Position numbers and translations under genes: made by a program | The notes under the pieces: generated by a model | What the model was told of the DNA's origin: nothing | The model's input: only the letters and a program-made list of their open reading frames with translations | Databases searched by the model: none | Source of the DNA: Macrostomum lignano | Lineage: Eukaryota | Assembly (NCBI GenBank): GCA_002269645.1 | Contig: NIVC01003750.1 | Span: 15,026 to 79,025 of the forward strand | Direction of reading: 5' to 3' | DNA: 64,000 bases | Part shown: piece after piece, positions 59,880 to 64,000 of the stretch | Layout: each line of letters opens with the position of its first letter | Position numbering within the stretch: position 1 is the stretch's first letter

Positions 59880-61375
59880 GGCGCGACGGTCGGAGACCTG
59901 CACTCATTTTACAGCGGCGCGTCCGAACAATCGTGCCATCAGCTTTAGCAATTGCATATATTCCGTCTAGAAACAATACGTGGGCGTCAAGTGCCTGATT
60001 ACCGGTTTTATTAATCTCTAACATATAATTAAGTCCAATATTGGCTACGTTTCTTTCTGTGCCGTTAGATCATAAACAACCACTGGATGAATGTTTAGAA
60101 CTTCTGTGGGTGTGTACTGAGGGACGGCATACGCTTCATTTTTAGCATAATCTTGATAATATTTTATAAAATCATTAACATTATTATTTGCTATATTTAA
60201 ATTTAGGGGGTCTTTAACCGGATAATATTGATCATCAACCTGCAGGCGGATATTCTGAACATTAAACTCGTTAATTGCAGCAACTGCGTTGTCTGTTGCG
60301 GTAGCTGCTTGTGCTGCTATGTCACCGATTGAAGCCAATATAAATCCCCATTTGTCTTTTACTCCTTCTATTTGTTATCTTAAACCAAACAAAAATATAT
60401 CTCACCCGACGTTTTGATGTCAGTATTTGCCACTGGAATGAATCCTGATTGTTATTAATGGTTCGCATAAAGTGTCTACGATTCAAATAAAATATTTCCT
60501 GATCATGCGTTAACTGATTATCGATGTGTTTTAAAAGCGGAGCTGTTACCTCAATAGTTGGTACGACTAATTGAATTGAATCTATACGAACTGCTATATC
60601 GGTTGAAATTGAGGTTCCATAAAGTATCCTAGGCTGATATCCACCAGATATTTGCAACTGTATCCCAAATTTAATCCTTTCCATACCCGATTTGGTGAGA
60701 AAAAACCCAAATAGTGGAAAGATTGAAAAGTCTGCTCATATGCTGTTGCTGTGGTTAAAACCGCGACTGGGAATTTATTCTGACGATCTATAAAACCAGT
60801 ATTAATATCTTTTGTATTAGTCATAGTGGTTACAACTGGAACTATGTTTGTATTAAGGTAAACAATTAGCGCTGCAGTATCTGCACCGGCTGCGTTTTGT
60901 ACATTAGGGAAAACTACTGCTTGACCGTTACCTTTATCCGGCATCCACCCAACATTATCACCAACTTGTTTTGATAAATAAGTATAATTTAAATGTTTCA
61001 AAACTCCATTAATCTCTGCGGGGTTTGATGATGTCTCAACCTCAGCACCATTAACAGTTAGTTGAGCTTGGGAAAAACATTTATAAAACCAATCATTTTC
61101 TATATTATTCCGGATCGATCTGCGATATCTCCGGCTGCAAGAGCAGTTCCATCATTTCTAGTATACAACCATCTAACGCGGAAAAACGCATTTTTCATAT
61201 CAATTATAGTGTTGGTTGCGCCGATGTCAAAAGTTACCGTTCCAGTAGTAAAGTTATTTGAATTATCACTTGTTTGGTAGGGTATAATTTAAATCTCTTG
61301 CTCTGACCTCATTAATATACTGTCGGTGCTTTTTGAAATGAAATTTATCACTCCACATAGTTTTGTTTCAGCCAT
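59880..61375 (-). pseudogene. Major capsid protein (double jelly-roll), several frameshifts
   Basis: TVTFDI...IDMKNAF, FSQAQLTVNGAEVE, IRIDSIQLVVPTIE, FQWQI...RYIFVWF, VVVYDLT; size and position typical of a Polinton MCP. Confidence 0.8.
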
Positions 61376-61423
61376 TTTTTTAAGTTAAAAAAGTTTTTTT
61401 ATGTTAAAAAAATGAGTCAATTT

Positions 61424-62080
61424 ATGGACGTTGATGGAGAGTTAGCGATTTATAAAGAGAAGCAAAGATATTCTGATTTTGTTAGAAATTTACAAAAAAG
61501 AAAGTTAGGAATACAATTAGCGGTCTGAAAGATTTGCTGCTCCTTTTGTTAATCCTATTACTGGGAAATTAGTGAACTAGAAAAACAGATAAAGATCTTC
61601 TGGAAAAAATTGCTAAAAATACGGAGCCAAAAGAGGATGAAATTTTGGATGAGCCGCCAGCTTATGATGTTTGATCAAGCTCAATTGAGAGTTGCAGAGA
61701 TTAGGGCTGCAGAAAGGGGTGGAGTTGATGAATATCCGAGAGCTGCACCAACTAGTATTGCTGTGACAGATTTAGGTAATAATAATTTATCGAATTGGTG
61801 GAGTTGATAAAAATCGAAATGAACTATATAGAGAATTGTGGCGGAGCATATAATATTGTTATGAACCCTAGGGTAAAATTTAACCCTGAATTATATACTA
61901 GGGATGAATTAGTAAGTGCAAAAATTTTTTATGATGAGTTGGGAGTAAGAGCTGCTAAAATACCAGCTTGTATAAAAGGATTGTTAATTCTATAATAACA
62001 AACCAGCTGTTGGAGAAGGATTTAAACACGCGAAAATTGTTTTAGCTGCTGCGAAAGCTGCTGGACATACTGGAGTTTAA
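61424..62080 (+). pseudogene. Fragmented Polinton hypothetical ORF(s)
   Basis: Short open segments in different frames; no family recognised. Confidence 0.3.
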
Positions 62081-62108
62081 TTAATTGTTAAATTTATTTT
62101 TTTATAAA

Positions 62109-62650
62109 ATGGAACCTAAAAAGATTTGTATTAAGTGTAAACAAGAAAAACCAATGACGAAAGAATTTTATTTTTGGAGAAATGATTCAAAAAAATTTAG
62201 AAATGATTGTCGATCTTGTCATAATACCTCATCTACTATTTGGATGAAAACAATAAAGATAAATTTAATGATGAATATAGAAAAAACAAGTATCACACTG
62301 ATGATAATTACAAAATATTGTTTTAATTAGAAATAGAATTAAATTGGGCGTTGAAAAATTTTAATGACAAGGACTATATCTCATATCTATTGCACAAAAG
62401 AATTCTTTTTTGATTGGTTAAATTTCACAAGAAATATTATGTTCAAAAGATTATACTGGAAAGTTTAGATATTGATCATTTCATTCCCGCTTCTTCGTTT
62501 AGTTACAAATGAAGATCAGATGAAAAAGTCTGAACATTGGACAAATAAAAGATACTTAACTAGCGTAGATAATAACTATAAAAAAGTTAAACAACCAACA
62601 ATTGAAGAGTTTGCAAAAATTGGTGCTTTCATGTATTTTTAAGGCTATTA
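62109..62650 (+). pseudogene. Free-standing HNH endonuclease with N-terminal CxxC...CxxC, frameshifted
   Basis: CIKC...CRSC; LDIDHFIPASSF...HWTN...DN, resembling the large-DNA-virus HNH pattern IDHIIP...HYTNLQPL...N. Confidence 0.7.
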
Positions 62651-62653
62651 AAA

Positions 62654-63360
62654 ATGAACCAAATAGTGTTTGAAGGAGGATTGTTAGATGTTCAAAAAGG
62701 ATTAACAAGCTTACCACCAATCTTTACTACTGGTAAATATACAGGGGAACTACACCTACCATCAATGAACTTCACAGGTTAACCCGTGGCCTGAGTGAGG
62801 AAGGCAATGTCCTTGCTAGTCACTATTTGTGGCGACATCTCCAAATTGCGTGAAACCCGTCATACAGCTTCAAGTACCACTTCAATTGAGAAATCTTTTG
62901 AAGGAACAGAGGTAACTCCTCTTCTCGTCTCCAACAGGTAAAAGCTTGAAGACACGGTGGCAATGCGCAGCCAAGCTCCTAAGTATTTTAAATATAAGGA
63001 GAAGGTTCAGAGAGCAGACGGAGATGGGCGGTAATTATCGCCGCTTAAGGTGTGCTCCAGCCTCTTCGAAAGATTGAGGGTAAACTACCCGGGACTAGCT
63101 TAGATTTGAGATTAAATCCTGACAATACTCCAAAAGCCGATTCAATTCCAATAAATGGATTGATTGGTTAGCATACTATCACGACTTAGCATATAGAGAT
63201 GCTGACAAGAACCCCCGAGGAAGCATTAAGATTAAAACATGAAGCCGATCAAAAAATGATTCAAGGATTAGATAACTTGCAGGGATTATCGGTAGGTCAA
63301 AAATTAACTAGGTGGATGGTTAAAAAGATTTGCAGTCTAAAGTTAAATTTGGTTTGGAAT
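62654..63360 (+). pseudogene. Parvovirus-type phospholipase A2 (PLA2X-like), split by a group I intron (exons 62654-62779 and 63088 onward)
   Basis: The spliced product reads ELHLPSMNFTG/PGTSLDLRL...PIN-IDWLAYYHDLAY...KHEAD (GPG Ca-loop, HD dyad); a further 1-nt frameshift near 63157. Confidence 0.85.
62780..63087 (+). ncRNA. Group I self-splicing intron, IC1-like with P5abc
   Basis: P1 with U-G wobble, P10, P3, P4, P5a/b/c, P6, P7, P8 and P9 pairings are all readable; removal restores the GPGT motif; the terminal nucleotide is A, not the canonical G. Confidence 0.85.
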
Positions 63361-63404
63361 TAATTATAATCAACATGGAAATAATTGTGTTGAGTGTTTG
63401 TTGT

Positions 63405-64000
63405 TAAGTGCGGTGGGTTAAGTTCTGATGAGGCAAAGATTCTTCATAAAGAATATCGAAAACCTAAATTTTATAGAAAAATCATGAACTTCAAAAAGAA
63501 TGAAATTTGGTATGCTGATTTAATGTCGATGCGAACGAAAGAGGATATAAATATATCTTAACCATATTAGATGGTTTTACTCGACGCGTGGGCTGTTCCT
63601 TTGAAATCCAAAAAAGGAGAGGATGTTGCTGCTGCTTTTAGAAGTCTTGGAGAAAAAAGGCGAAAGTTTGTGTGTTGACGAAGGAAAAGAATTTTACAAT
63701 CCTCATATGTATAAATTATATCATTTTGAAAAAGGACAAGAAAGGAAAAAAGGACGCGAATGGGAGTATATTAATAAAATTTATTCTATTTTATGAGAGA
63801 GTAAAAACGCATTAATAGAAAGATTTAATAAATTTAGGTAAGAAATTATGGTTTCAGTTAGTCTTAATGTAACCAAAAGTGGTAAAAATATTACCAGACG
63901 TAGTGAAAGATTATAAACAATTCATATCATTCGGCATAAAGATGACTCCTCAACAAGCTATAACAATCCTGAAAATGTTAAAGGTACTTTTGGAGAATTT
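63405..64000 (+). pseudogene. int: Retroviral-like (rve) integrase of the Polinton, frameshifted and truncated by the window end
   Basis: IWYADLM, YKYILTILDGFTR..WAVPLKSK, VDEGKEFYN, ALIERFN, YN..YHSAIKMTP. Confidence 0.88.

Larger units (their letters stand above)
47446..64000. mobile_element. Polinton/Maverick (adintovirus-like) endogenous virus, runs off the right edge
   Basis: AGTAGT terminus, abrupt shift to AT-rich gene-dense DNA, pPolB, adenain, penton, ATPase, MCP, PLA2 and rve integrase. Confidence 0.95.

Overview
Animal genomic DNA with spliceosomal genes and many minisatellites. The style suggests a repeat-rich invertebrate such as a flatworm, which is inference only. (1) 1-19.8 kb: a minus-strand HIP1/HIP1R (Sla2-family, ANTH plus coiled coil) gene, with 11 exons reconstructed from GT-AG sites and consistent phase. 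Most introns carry their own minisatellite, one carries a full Ty3/Gypsy LTR element (4907-9466) and one a MITE. (2) 21-24 kb: a candidate plus-strand single-pass membrane protein gene. (3) 24-33.7 kb: nested transposons, namely an internally deleted Tc1-like element, a full-length R1/LOA-type LINE with RNase H (18-bp TSD) inside an inverted-repeat element, and a Crypton tyrosine-recombinase relic. (4) An intronless FkbM-family methyltransferase, then satellite-dominated sequence to 47.4 kb. (5) 47446 to window end: an AT-rich Polinton/Maverick (adintovirus-like) element. It encodes pX/pVI-like core proteins, pPolB, a fibre-like protein, adenain protease, penton, packaging ATPase, major capsid, HNH nuclease, PLA2 and integrase; many of these carry single-base frameshifts. 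Two unexpected signals lie inside the Polinton: a 308-nt IC1-like group I intron interrupting the PLA2 gene next to a free-standing HNH gene, and nine copies of a 29-30-bp GC-rich double-hairpin micro-element, five of them inserted in frame in viral genes.
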